A DNA stretch of 64,000 nt from Selaginella moellendorffii (taxonomy: Eukaryota > Plantae > Lycopodiophyta), in NCBI RefSeq assembly GCF_000143415.4, contig NW_003314307.1, forward strand, positions 1 to 64,000, given 5' to 3'. The translations under genes were made by a program, and so were the position numbers. The notes below the pieces were generated by a model, which saw only the letters and a program-made list of their open reading frames with translations, was not told the origin of the DNA and did not search any database. Positions 37,135 through 51,500 of this stretch are shown one piece after another; positions within the stretch are counted from its first letter, which is position 1, and each line of letters begins with the position of its first letter.

Positions 37135-38407
37135 TGTGAGACACAAATCCCTAACCCCCAAAGTGGACTTAAAGCAAAAGCCAAACAAACATATCACATT
37201 TGGACTAAAAGCTCCAATTTGAAAAGTCAAGAGTGGGAGTTCCTCCACCGTTTAACAAAGGTGGAAGGTTGGGAGAGTACAACTCAAGTAAGGCCACGAT
37301 ATTCCAAAATGTTGTCCCAAAGTCCCGAATTGTGGAAAGGAAGAAGAGCAATTCTCTAGTGTAAAGACCAAAAGTAAAGGGTTCCAAAAGGATAGTAGGG
37401 AGAGTGGGGGTTGGACCCCAGTGGAACCAATTTGGGCAGGAAAGGCTAGTTTGGCCCAGGAAGGCCATACCTAGCTATAGGGTGATGGGGTAACCACTGG
37501 GAAGTCCAAGGCTAGAGTGAATACAAACCGATAAACAGGGTAGCTTGGTGAAGTGCTCAAAAGCCGGCTCTAGTTCTCCGGGAGATCGAATGGTCGATGC
37601 TCCCAATCCAAGCATGGGTGGCATTGCCTACTTGGATACTTGGCATTGCTCAAAGGAACCTCACTCTAAGCCCATGGCTAGAGCACCCAAAAGCGGAAGC
37701 CCATGAGGCTTGCGTAGGGCCACGGTGTTCGGAAATGCTGTCCCAAAGTCCTAGACTATGGAAAGGAAGAGGAGTGGTCCTCTAGTGTAGTGACCAAGGA
37801 TACGGTCAAGTGATGAGGAAGTCCCAGAGGACAGTGGGACTTAATGGTCGGGCCTGTGGGCCTTGTCCTAGTGGCAGTGTTGGCAAACATGGATAGAAAA
37901 GGGACTTAATGAGGATTGTAAAAGGGATATTGGGGAAGGTTGTTCATCATGTCTGCAGGCATTTTAAGGATGCTAAGGAGTGGATCTAGGATGATCACTC
38001 ATGGACAGATGGCCCAGTCTTTGAGAGATAAGAGTGCAATGCAGGTGGTGTTGGATCACCAGTGTGACCAAGGTGAATGGGCATGGTCTTAGTGTAATGG
38101 GCTGATATATCCATGGTACCTTGCGGTGTTAGTCATAGGATCAGACATTAGAGCACTTGGACCAAGTGCAAAGGTTGAGTGGCATAGATGCCATTCTCGG
38201 GGGTAGCAAGCCCCAAGTCCTTAATTGGACTTATGGAGGTTGTAAAGAGACTCCTTCAAATGGTCGGAGGTATGGTTAAGTGACTAAAGTAGAATGGAAA
38301 AATTAATCACTTACAATTTAGTATCAGAGCTATTCCTTAGTCCAACTTTTATTGGTGCTCAAATATATCACCATTAGTGTTGGCATTGGAAGGTCCTAGG
38401 AGTGGGC

Positions 38408-41400
38408 TGTAAGCCACAAATTTTTCCTTTCCAATTTGCCAGCTTACCTCGCCTATCCGTCCAACACCGCCTTGGCTTTTACTAAGTTCCCTTGCCAAGG
38501 TTCTCGCCTATGGTACCAGCTCCTACTTGGTCTCAGCTACTCACTGCACGAGCAACGGAGTGTTAGCCATCCATCCACGGATTCCCAAATCACTCCCAAT
38601 CCCCCTCCCCGGGTTAGACTGGACTTAAGGTTCGGCTACACTCCCCGCAAGCACAAGCAGCCAAGCACACCAAGCTTCCAGGTTCCTAACATCCTTTGGT
38701 ACCACAAGACTTGATCATGGGACCCTCTAAATCCCAAGTCTTGAGTGCAACACTTGCTTCGGGACGCCGGGGCGAAACACCGTGGCCTAGCGGCCCGGTA
38801 TGGGTACCCCTCGCCCCCCCACTTCCATCCCGAAGGAAGGCCCAAGCCCCTAGGCAGGGCGAGGACCAATGAGCCGCATGGTACTCAAGTGGGGCACCAC
38901 TCCACATGAGCCGGGAGCACCGCAATCGGTTTCCCTTTCGGGAGTGGGAGCTGCTCTTGAGCACTTCCTTGGATGGCCCCTCCGGCACCAGCCAAGTCCA
39001 TGCTCACTCCCACCCAAGGCCCCTTAGTCCCAGTCCCAACCTCAAGTCGGTTTGGAAGCCCAACTGGAGAGTCCCTTCAAAACTGGTTCCTGGACCTCAC
39101 TATCCCTACTATACTTTTGGAACCCCCTGCAGCCCCCCCCCCCTGGGGGACGCACGCTTTGGGCTTTCACCCCTTGACCCGTATTAGTATTTGGACTTAG
39201 TCTCTGGCTCGATCTCGGATCCGATTTCGGATCCGACTTCGGATTCGGGTTCGGACTCGATCGCGGACTCGATCTCGGACCCGATCTCGGGCCCGACCTC
39301 GGACTCGATTTCGGACTCGGTCTCGGACCCGATTTCGGATCTCGGACTCCGTCTCGAACTCGGTCTCGAACTCGGACTCGAACTCGGTCCCCGAGTCGGT
39401 CTTGGACTCGATTCCGGACCCTATCTCGAACTCGGTCCTAGAGTCGGTCTTGGACTCGATCTTTGACTTGGTCCCATCCGATGAACTCTTTGTCATTTTG
39501 GTCATGCTTTCGGGGTTCCCTTAGCCTACGACACCTCGGCGAGTTGGTTCCTTACAACTCCACCACCCATAGAAGAAGTTCGATGCCCACATCGAACGTC
39601 TCTTTTTTATCCTACGACTTGTTGACCATGTCTCCGGGGGCATCCCCCCACTTAGCGGTGTGCCTAAGTTAGCCTCCCCGGCCAAGAGCTCATGACAACG
39701 GAATATAGGTGTCCCCATACTCCACCCCTCACCACGCCCTAGTATAGGGTCGGGACTTGAACCCAGCCTTGCTTTACTAGGGGGTTGGGACTCAAACCCA
39801 ACCTCCGTAGAATACGTCTACGGGTTCGACATCCCCGCAGGGAGTCGGGCGTAGCTCCCTACGCCTGGTCGACCTAGCTAACCCATGCTAATTAGCTTAC
39901 CTTCGGCGCGCCTTCGGGTCCCAACATATGCCACTTGCTCAACTTTGCAAATATATATATTTTTAATTGAACTTTGCATAAGTACATAGAGTTCTGCCTT
40001 GCAGAAATTCCTCCACTAGATCTCGCGCATTCGCTAGGTTCTCCTCCGGTTCCCATGTTGCTTCGCAGTGTGGAAATCCTTTCCACTTCACATGGAACTC
40101 TCTCACCTCGCATCCTTGTCGCTTGCTCTTGCGCGCATTGAGGATGGCCTCGACTTCGTATTCCTCCTCCCCTTGGATAACCTCAGGTAAAGGTCTTACT
40201 TGGTCCTTGCGAAGCGGATCCTCAAAATACGGCTTGAGTAAGTTCACGTGGAACACGGGATGCATCTTCCCCATCTCTCGAGGAAGTCGGAGACGGTAAG
40301 CCACTTTACCGATTCGAGCCTCAATCTCGTAAGGCCCCGCGAACCTGCTTAAGGAACTCAAGATCAATTCATTTACAGGAATACATGCATTTTTACCTTT
40401 GGGTCAACTTTCGGCTGATCCCACTTGGTAGCCTGAGGTTCTTGGTGTTCAGCCACACCTTCTCCCCAGCTTGGAACTCTACATCCCGGCGCTTTAGGTT
40501 CGCGTACTTGGTTTGCCTTTGTTGAGCCCGTTCCAAGGAATCCCTCACTAGATTCCAAATGTTGAGTCTTTCCGCCGTGAATGCCTCCACTGCGGGTAAC
40601 TCTCCATGATACTCGGCCACGCCGAGTTCCACAAGACCTTCAATAGCTCGCCCATTGATGACTTCCCATGGACTCACCCCGATACTCGAATGTGGTGAGT
40701 TGTTATAACACATTTCCGCAAGTCCCAAATGACTTACCCAATCGGTCTGGTCTCCCGAGACATAGCATCGCAAATAATCCTCCAGCTGCCTATTCACCCT
40801 TTCCGTTTGTCCGTCTGTCAAGAAGTGTTAGGACCACCAAACTTGACTTAATACCCCATACCTGTCTGTGGGTGATAGGCTGTGCTGAATTTCAACTTGG
40901 TGCGATACTGTTCCAGGAGGGTCCTCCAGAACCTACTAGTGAAGATCTTATCTCGATCTGAGATAATCTCTTCTGGCCTTCCCCGCACTCGAACCACTTG
41001 TTCGAAGAACAGCTTCGCCACACCTTCCGCATCCACTTCCGTTGTGGTGGGTATGAAATGTGCCATCTTCGAAAATCGATCCACCACCACGAATATCGCA
41101 TCGAACCCCTCGCTTGGGGGTAGTCCCGTGATGAAGTCCATCGTAAGACATTTCCACGGACGATCTGGAATTGGGATGCTTTGCAACAAGCCCCCACTAG
41201 CCTTAGTCACGGCTTTGACTTGCTGACATGTTGGACATGTCTTTACATAGTCCTGGACGTCCTTAGCCATATCTGGCCAATGGTACTTCCTCTTGAGTAA
41301 GCCCATCGTCTTGGGCACTCCGCCGTGTCCCGCAAGAGGTCCGTCATGACACTCTTCTAAGGCTACCTTCCTTAGTCCCCCTTCTGGAACATATACCCTC

Positions 41401-44400
41401 GTTTGCTTGTAATAAATGAGTCCGTTGCGTTCCGCATAGCCCGTTTTCTCTTCCGTTGGCAGCTCACCTCTCTGGTGAGCTTCCCGCGCCTCCAGATTCC
41501 TCAGCAACACTTCTTGTGCTAGACCATCACTCTCGTATGCGGTCCGCACATCGTCCCAAAAGGTTGCTGTCGCGCTAGATATCGCCAACTTCAAGCTCGC
41601 TTTTCGACTGAGCGCATCTGCCACGATGTTGCTCTTCCCAGGCTTGTACAGGATCTCGCAATCAAACTCGGCCAAAGCATTGGCCCACCGACCTTGTTTT
41701 CCCCTTAGGTCGGGCTGTGACAAGAAGTGTTTCGTTGCCACATTGTCCGTGTAAACCTTGAAGTGTCTCCCAAGGTAGTGTCGCCACTCCTTGAGCGCCT
41801 TGACCACCGCAAACAATTCCTTCTCGTGGGCAGGCCACTTCCGTTGAGCCTTGTCCAGTTTCTTCGAGAAGAACGCTACTGGATGGTTGTCTTGCTTCAA
41901 AACTGCGCCCAACGCAAAGTCCGAAGCGTCCGTGTCTACCTCAAAGTCCTTACCAAAGTCTGGTAATGCCAACACCGGAGCCTTCCTCAACTTCCCTTTG
42001 AGGTGGACGAATGCCGCCTCGCATTCCGCTGTCCATACCATCTTCCCTTTTCCTGTTTGGTCCGTTAAGGGCAGGGCTACTCTCGAATAGTGTCTGATAA
42101 ACTTTCGATAGTAGTTGCATAGCCCCAGGAACGCCCTCAACTCATGTACATTCGATGGTCGTTCCCATTCCTGGATCGCTTGGACCTTCTCCGGGTCCAC
42201 CTTGAGCCCGTCCTGGCCCACCACATGCCCGAGAAACTTTACCTCTTGTTGAGCAAAGTCACATTTGCTCTCTTTAGCATACAGTTTGTGTTCCCTTAGT
42301 TTCTCAAACACCTTCGCCAAGTGTTCGGCATGCTCCTCTAGCGTCTCGCTATAGATCAGGATGTCGTCAATATAGACGACCACGAAGCGATCCAGATAGG
42401 GTACAAAGATGTGGTTCATCAACGCCGAAAACGTTGCCGGCGCATTGCACAGCCCAAAGGGCATCACCAAAAACTCAAAGCTCCCATACCTCGTTCGACA
42501 GGTTGTCTTCTCGACATCTTCCTCAGCTACCCTGATCTGGTAGTATCCTGACCTTAGGTCAATCCTCGAGAAGTATTTTGCCTTTCCCAACCTATCGAAC
42601 AGGTCCTCGATCCTTGGCAAAGGGTACTTGTTCTTCTTGGTATATTTGTTGAGCAACCGGTAGTCTATGCACATGCGCATAGATCCATCTTTCTTTTTCA
42701 CAAATAGCACCGGCGCCCCATACGGCGACTTGCTCAACCTAACATACCCTTTGTCCACCAACTCCTCTAGTTGGCTCTTGAGCTCCTTGAGTTCTTTTTC
42801 GTTCAATCGATAGGGTGGACGAACCACCGCCTCAGCACCCTCGACCAGCTCAATCTTATGTTCTATCGGTCGTGCGGGGGGCAATCCCGCCGGTAGCTCC
42901 TCCGGCATCGCATCCTGGAATTGGTCCAGCACCTGCTGGATCACTAAAGGTACTTCTTCCGTTCTTGTCTTTTTGTCACTCTTTACCGAGAGTAAGCACA
43001 AAAAGGCTGCCTTAGTTCCTTTAGTGAGTTGTCCTCTCGTGGACACCAGGTTTAAGCATGACTCTTTGGCCTTGCTTTGCCCTACCTTTAGATCCTGGGC
43101 CTCCACCCTAGATCTTCTTCCTTGGGCATTCGCCAATACCACAAGGTTCCTACCTTGTCCATGCAGGGCTACCACGAACCGATTAAACCAATCCATTCCG
43201 AAGATCACGTCAAATCCCGCCATGTCCAAGACGGTGAAATCCATGTCCACTTTCCATGTCCCCACTTCGACTCTCGCTTGTCGAAGTACCTCATCGGTGC
43301 TTTGGCTACCTTGAACAAACTCTATAGTCCTTGGTTCGCCTAGCCGCTGCACCGTTAGTCCGGCTTGCCGGACTATGTCTGCAGCCACAAAATTATCCGA
43401 AGCACCCGTGTCAATAAGGATCTTAACAAAGCTACCTCCGAGCTTCCCTCGGAGGGCTAGTAGATGTCGCGAACGACTCTCTACCAAAGTTGCTCGTGTA
43501 ATGAGTAACTTTGAGTTAGGGACTGGATCACATACCTCAGTTTGGACTTCACCCGACTTGATGGCCATATTGGCTCTGGCCTTCTTCGGGTAGGGACATT
43601 CCCTCGAGAAGTGTCCCGCTTCGCCGCAGTTGTAGCATACGTTGTTGCCCACGCTGCTATACGACTTGACCTTCTTATCCGTGGGTTTGTCCTTTTTCGC
43701 TTGACTTCCCCACGTACTCGCTCGCTGGCCACCGGATTTGCCTTTCCGGAACCCCGAGGACTCATTCTTAGAGAAACTCTTCTTGAATTTCCCCTTGCTA
43801 TATGTTCCCCTCGGTTTGGCCCCTTTGTGAAACGTGGATCCCGACCCCGTCGTGTTCCCCTTTCGCAGGTTATCGTTGAAATGCACCTTGATGGCCGCAT
43901 CCAACGCTTCCTTGTAGTTGGTCGGGTTCCAGCGCATTACCTCACCGCGAGCCCAGGTTTGCAAACCTGATATAAATGCATGGAACGCATCCATATCCCC
44001 CATGTCCGTGACAAGTATCCTCTTTGCCATGAACCCATTCACATATTCCTGGATGGTTCCAGTCTGCTTCAGCCTACTCAACTCATCTCTCAGATGCAGA
44101 GTGGCATTCGGAGGAACGTATGTCGCGCGGATCCTCGCCTTCATCATGTCCCAGGTGGCCACCGGTCCTTCGTTGGCCTCCGTTGTTCTCCACCAAGACT
44201 TGGCATTATCTGCCAAGTATGGTTTTGCACATGGGACCTTCTCCGAGCTCGGTAACCGCAACGCTCGGAAGTAGTCCTCCATATCGTAAAACCAATCCTC
44301 CACCACCTTATAGTCGTTCACTCCCTTGAACACCGGTGGGGGCTTTGGTTTGTACTTGGGAACTGCCTGAGGGACTGATTCCACTTCGGTCTGTTCGACC

Positions 44401-45943
44401 TTGTCTGGTTTTGCCTCAGTCCCTGCCGAAGGGTCCGCACCTTCTGCGCTGCCAGCATCCGCAGTCTTTCGCTTTTTCTTCCGCTTCTCGTCACGCTTTA
44501 ACTTGCGTACGAGAGTCTCCAGCAGGGCATTGGTCTGTGCCAACTGTCCTTCTAGCACGTCCAATCGAGCCTTGGACGACCGAACCTCGCCACCGGACTC
44601 TTGTTTGGAAGTTTCCTCACTGGAGTCCTCCTCATGCAAGGATTCCTCATCCATAGCCTCTTGTTCAACTGGAGGCTCCAGCTCCGGCGGAGGTTCCGTC
44701 TCCGCCTGGGTTCGCTTACGCCCTGCCCTTGCCATCTCCCAGCAATCCGCCTCTATCCTTCGCTAGAACTGAGATAAAGGCTCCGATACCAAATTGTAAG
44801 CCACAAATTTTTCCTTTCCAATTTGCCAGCTTACCTCGCCTATCCGTCCAACACCGCCTTGGCTTTTACTAAGTTCCCTTGCCAAGGTTCTCGCCTATGG
44901 TACCAGCTCCTACTTGGTCTCAGCTACTCACTGCACGAGCAACGGAGTGTTAGCCATCCATCCACGGATTCCCAAATCACTCCCAATCCCCCTCCCCGGG
45001 TTAGACTGGACTTAAGGTTCGGCTACACTCCCCGCAAGCACAAGCAGCCAAGCACACCAAGCTTCCAGGTTCCTAACATCCTTTGGTACCACAAGACTTG
45101 ATCATGGGACCCTCTAAATCCCAAGTCTTGAGTGCAACACTTGCTTCGGGACGCCGGGGCGAAACACCGTGGCCTAGCGGCCCGGTATGGGTACCCCTCG
45201 CCCCCCCACTTCCATCCCGAAGGAAGGCCCAAGCCCCTAGGCAGGGCGAGGACCAATGAGCCGCATGGTACTCAAGTGGGGCACCACTCCACATGAGCCG
45301 GGAGCACCGCAATCGGTTTCCCTTTCGGGAGTGGGAGCTGCTCTTGAGCACTTCCTTGGATGGCCCCTCCGGCACCAGCCAAGTCCATGCTCACTCCCAC
45401 CCAAGGCCCCTTAGTCCCAGTCCCAACCTCAAGTCGGTTTGGAAGCCCAACTGGAGAGTCCCTTCAAAACTGGTTCCTGGACCTCACTATCCCTACTATA
45501 CTTTTGGAACCCCCTGCAGCCCCCCCCCCCTGGGGGACGCACGCTTTGGGCTTTCACCCCTTGACCCGTATTAGTATTTGGACTTAGTCTCTGGCTCGAT
45601 CTCGGATCCGATTTCGGATCCGACTTCGGATTCGGGTTCGGACTCGATCGCGGACTCGATCTCGGACCCGATCTCGGGCCCGACCTCGGACTCGATTTCG
45701 GACTCGGTCTCGGACCCGATTTCGGATCTCGGACTCCGTCTCGAACTCGGTCTCGAACTCGGACTCGAACTCGGTCCCCGAGTCGGTCTTGGACTCGATT
45801 CCGGACCCTATCTCGAACTCGGTCCTAGAGTCGGTCTTGGACTCGATCTTTGACTTGGTCCCATCCGATGAACTCTTTGTCATTTTGGTCATGCTTTCGG
45901 GGTTCCCTTAGCCTACGACACCTCGGCGAGTTGGTTCCTTACA
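38408..45943 (-). mobile_element. Intact young Ty3/gypsy chromovirus (family A), 7536 bp
   Basis: LTRs 38408-39556 and 44795-45943 (1149 bp, apparently identical); TSD TGGGC at 38403-38407 and 45944-45948; iMet PBS; PPT; domain order PR-RT-RH-INT-chromodomain. Confidence 0.97.
39963..44735 (-). CDS. Gag-Pol polyprotein; predicted spliced exons 44735-40862, 40814-40397 and 40344-39963 (1557 aa)
   Basis: Removing introns 40815-40861 and 40345-40396 restores [14 protein letters not shown] and KLTQR-FAGPY. HHCC, D-D-E, GPY and chromodomain then lie in one frame (4674 nt, divisible by 3). Confidence 0.9.
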
Positions 45944-48370
45944 TGGGCCTATCCTTGAGGAGTAGCAAGTTGGGAAGACATGGCTCTCCACTATAGTTCA
46001 TGTGTGAACTTGTAAGTGAGGTGGCAGATAGAAAAGGGCCAATAATGGAATGACTTCGGGATCTTGGGAATAGTATAAAGTTTTCCTCAAAGTGTTGATG
46101 ATGTAATCCAAATAAGCATTTGACTTAGCAAACTGACTAATGTAGTTGCGGTAAACAACTATAGTTGGGATCACGGAAAAGATAGAGACTCCAAAACAAT
46201 AAAGGAGTCACAAGATTATCCTCATATAATTGAGGCTGGTGCTCATGAATTTGAAACCAGAATTAATGACCATGAGAGGTGATATACGGATGAGGACACA
46301 AGTCCTTGAAATGGTAGCCAAGGCTACCTTTAATAAATGCTAGAACAACCTAAAGAATTAGGGGTGTACTTAGAGGATGAGTTGGTATTTTCATCACATG
46401 TACAAATAGTCCTAAAGGGCAAAGGTGGCCCATATGAAACAAAGAATAATCAAGTGTCAGTAACACTTGCAAGAATGGTCCTTATATGTGGTATATGAAT
46501 ACAAGAAGTTGTATTCTAACGAGCTGGCACCTCAAAAATGGGACCTTATAGGTCATCAAATTAGTGAATCCAAAAAGCTAGATAACTCAAGTGAAGTTAA
46601 GGAATGGTCTCAAAAGACTGGTGGAAGCATTTGGACTAAGGTGTGTTATACCCTATGAAGATTGGGGATGATCATAAGATCCAAGTGTGAGAACAATAAG
46701 TATCTCATTAATGGTAGAATGTGCCATATTAAAGTTATAGGAAAGAGGTTCCCAGAAGAAAGCAACTTTGTTACAAAGTTGTGTGTAAACTATAAGGTGT
46801 AATGTTAACGGATAGTTGGTATGAGAAACAACTATATTGGTCTTGGCAAAGACCTAGACACAAGTAACTTCATGTCATAAAGGTAGGCTCGTAGAGCTGA
46901 TAGTGTGGAGACACCGAATGTGCTAACGCATGATGCTTTGAGGTCAAGTTGGCAGGTTCATGAGAACCCTTTCCCAAAGGAATAGTAATGGAAATAGGAA
47001 TGGCATAACCTAAGCTAGAAAGCATGCAATTAGAGTGTGGTAACCCAAAATAATGATGGAGGTGTGAAAGCACCAACAATGAGTTGTAGGATTTGACAAC
47101 TGTGAGGCAACTAAACAAAAATGTGCAAAATAATTGATTAAAGTGGTAGAAGGTAACTACATAAGACTTCTTATTGGGATAAGGAAGTTAGACATACCCT
47201 TATAGAGGATAAATTGCTCATGTTCCAATAATAAATCAATATCATAAAGGGAATGTTTATTGCCAAAGAAGGCCATTATTAGGACACCCAAACACTCTAA
47301 AACATTAGGAAGTGGTGTTTAGTGTCGTGAGGGCATTAGATAAGGTCCAAAGGATTAAGTCCTTAGTGAATGATAGATAGGAGGTGCTATCCAAACATAC
47401 AAGGTTGCAAAGATGGGAGAAGTTCGTCTACCCAAATTAGACAAAGCCAAAAAGGGATTTTTGCAAGGCTAGTCAAGGGCATATAAAGGCTCATAAGTAG
47501 CAACATTAATCCCAGTGTGTAAGATTACAAAGTGAGTATACCTAAATTGAGAAACCACTCCCTAAGCTATCAGGTAGGTTCATCCCTATGAATACTTGCT
47601 AAGGCATGATAGAAAGTGTAAAGCTATCCTCCTAGTTTTGAGGAGAATGACCGAAGGAAACATATGAGGCCTAAAAGCAAGTAATAAAGAGATAAAACTA
47701 AATCACAAGAATCGAAGGGCATAACCAAGAGTGGTTATGCAAAATTGAGAGTGGAGAATCAAGTGGGGGCTCAAGGAGTTTATTATTAGCAACTGTGATG
47801 CTATAGAGAGTTTAAATATAGAATTATCCATGTTAGACCATGTGGTAATTAGAAAGCTTGCAAAAAGAGAAGCCTCAGCAAGCTAAGGAACAAAGTTCCT
47901 TCAAAGTTCCCAAAGACAATTCTAGGTAGATAAGTACTTAAAAAACCAAGTGTAAATGGTTCATAAAGTGCACAAAATTAGAGTGGTGCAATAGAAGCGT
48001 GGTCTTGAAGCTTGCCATGAGGTGAGGCTATCAAGGTTAGGGAAGTAGTTCCCAAGTGTTCAAAGAGAGAATTTTGAATGAAAGTCGATGGTTAAGAACT
48101 TTCAAACTTATGTATGAACCATATTACGATGGTCGGATGATTTGCTAGGTAAGATTGGTAAGTCGGGGGAACAAATACCCTAGTTGAAGGTGCTAACTTC
48201 AAAAGGGGTAACTCATGGGGCCAAACATGGAGGAGTCCATGCATGATCATAGATATGTCAAGTGAGAGGACTTGAGAGTGCGGAGGAAGTAAGTTTCTAA
48301 GCTGTGATCTATAGTGCACTTTAAGTATAAATTGGTGCACCGATGTGGGGAGTCACATCAGGCATCTTAT

Positions 48371-48565
48371 TGTAAACTCCTAAATTTGGACTTCCCGGGA
48401 GGTCACTTAGCCTAGTACTATTCAAACCCAAGGACGCTTAACCCCAAGTATCCCAAGACCCTTAATCGATTGGAAAAAGGGGTGCACTTTTGTTCATGGG
48501 CCCTTTCCCTTTATATTTGAACCCCAACGGATCATCTCTCAAGTCATTCCCTTTGGTTGCTTACA
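48371..48565 (-). mobile_element. Cassandra solo LTR
   Basis: 195-bp match to the Cassandra LTR; flanks CTTAT/TCTAT fit a decayed CCTAT TSD (uninterrupted homolog at ~35785 reads catcctatg). Confidence 0.85.
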
Positions 48566-51500
48566 TCTATATGATGCCGTTTGTAAATGCATATACGGAG
48601 GTTGGGTTTGAGTCCCGACCCTTTAGTGCTTGGGTTCAAGTCCCAACTCACTAAGGCGAAATGATGGCTTGGAATATGAGGACATTCATTTTTCGATGGT
48701 CATGGACTCTTAGTAAGGAGACTAGTTTGGGCACACCACCAAACAGAGGATGCCCTAGAGTCGTGATGCACAGTTAGATTGCTTAGTATGAAAGCTCTGC
48801 ATATCTAACTTGAACACTTTGGTGCAAGTGGCACCAAGGACGTGGTGAATGAGATGGGGCACCTAGTCTCAGTTGCTATAAACCCTTACTTGGAAGGGCT
48901 GGCTTGGGCACACTATCAAGTGTGAGGGATGCCCCCAAGGTCATGGTTAACAACTTAAAGATCTGAAAGGTCTAGTACCTATTAACAAACCTGTTAAAAT
49001 GCCAAAATGAGATCACTAGGTGATCTTGTGGCTAAATAAGGACAAGGTTTTTGTTTGGGTAAGGAATAAGGTTCCTAGTTCAAAGTATTGATTTGAACTA
49101 ATGATAATGGTGTGGTTTGGTCAAGGTGACCAAGTGGGAAGAACACTTAAGGGAAATGAATTATGTCAATATAATGGCATAGTGAGTCCAAAGAAAGTAG
49201 TCTCTAGGAGAGACCCATAGGAGGTCATCCACTTGAGTCATCTAGCTTTTGGATTTTGCTAATTTAACTATCTATAAGGTCCTATTTTTAAGGTGTCAGC
49301 TTGCTAAAATACAACTTTTTATATTCATGTCCTACTCATAAAGACCATCTTTTGCAAATGTTACTCCGACATTTGATTATTCTTTGTTCCCTGTAAGCTA
49401 CTTTTGCCCTTTAAGACTATCCATCCAAATGATGAGAATGCTGACTCATCCTCTAAGTATATTCCTAATTCCTTGGGTTGTTCTAGCATTTATTAAAAGT
49501 AGCTTTGGCTACCTTTTCAAGGACTTCTGTCCTCATCTATATTCAATCTCCCACGATCTATATCACACACTCACTAGGGCGAGATAATGGTTTGGAAAAT
49601 AAGGACACTCATTTTTTGGTGGTCATGGACTCTTAGTAAGGAGACTAGCTTGGGCACACCGCCAAACAAGGGATGCCTCGAAGTTGTAATGCACAGTTAA
49701 ATTGCTTAGTGTGAAAGCTCCGCATATCTAACTTGAACACTTTAGTGCAAGTAGCACCAAGGACATGGTGAATGAGATGGGGACACTTAGTCTCAGTTGC
49801 TATGGACCCTTAGCCGGAAGGGCTGGCTTAGGCACACTGCCAAGTATGGGGGATGCCCCCAGGGTCATGGTTAACAACTTAAAGGTCTAGAAGGTCTAGT
49901 ACATATTAACAAACTTGTTAAAGTGCCAAGATGAAATCACTAGGTGATCTTGTGGCTAAATAAGGACAAAGTCTTTGTTTAGGTAAGGAATAAGGTTCCT
50001 AGTTCAAAGTATTGATTTGAACTAATAATAATGGTGTGGCTTGATTAAGGTGACCAAGTGAGAAGAACACTTAAGGGAAATGAATTATGTCAATGTGATG
50101 GCATAGTGAGTCCAAAGAAAGTAGTCTCTAGAAGAGACCCATGGGAGGGTCACAAAGTTGGGCCGTGGATGGGGCCCATAGTACAAAATGCTAAAAAGAT
50201 CTACTAGGGGCACCCTTTGGACTTGGCAAATAGAGTTTTTGCCATGGAACCGAAAGAATACCTCAAAGAGGGAGGTAGTCATCCTATGTTACTTGGTGCA
50301 ACAATTAATGGATACGAGCAAAAGACTAGTGGCTAATAAAAGAGCTATGGGAATCATGGGACAAAACCCAAATGGCAAAATTAGGCCAAGAACACTAATG
50401 TGTTGGATGCTAACAGATTGTGGGAAGGTAATGTGTTTCCAAGGATAGATTCCCAATTGCTCTGATTTGGCAAAGGTGGAAGCTCTAAGGGAGGGAACAG
50501 TAGCCAAATGATATGGCTGTGGACAACCCTAGCACAAATTATGATATTTAGTGCCAAGTGTGGCACAAAATATGAAAGAGGATGATGGTGCCCTCGAGTA
50601 GAGAATTTCCTAGGATGGGGAAGTGGAGTTGCACAAAATGTGCAATGCAAAATGTCAGGGATACCTAGGGAATTGACTCTGAGAAGTCAAAAATAAAAGT
50701 TCCAAAGTGCAAAGGTTATATCAATGGGAATTGAGACTACTCGAAAATGAGTAGTGGGATTGAGATAGAGAAGGTGTCTCTAATACGTTTAGCAAAAACT
50801 AAACAAATAAAAGGAGAGAACCACCACAAATGATCGAATGAGTCTTTAAGTTGGAAAGACTATGCTCCTTAGAGGATGGACAAGGCATGGTAAACCTTCA
50901 GTGTCAAACCATTGATGAATATTGGCTAGGTGCCAAGGATGGAAAGGGTAATACATGCTAATATTACTTATAAAATAGTTTATCATTCGATGAAGACATC
51001 AAACTTCGTCTATAGGTGGTAGAGTTGTGAGACACAAATCCCTAAGCCCCAAAGTGGAGCCGAAAGGGCATTATGTGGTAGTGCCTGAAGCGAAAGCCAA
51101 ACAAGCATAACACGTTTGGACTAAAAGCTTCAATTTGAAAGGTTGAGAGCAGAAGTGGAACTCCCAACGAAGTGCTCAAGGAACAAGCATGAAACCAACA
51201 ATAACAGAGTCTCTAGAAAAGGGACACAAGAGGACCAATATATGACACGTGGAAGTGTCTGAGATAGAACCAAGATGGAGTTCAAGATGGACCCGAGATG
51301 GAGTCCGAGATGGACTCGAGATGGAGTTTGAGATGGTGTCCGAGATGGACCTGAGATGGAGTCCAAGAAGGAGTCCAAGATAGACCCAAGATGGAGTCCG
51401 TGATGGAGTCTGAGATAGACCCGTAATGGAGTCCAAGATGGAACCGAGACCAAGATCGAGACCGAGTCCAAGTCCGAGTCTAAGTCCGAGTCCAAATACT

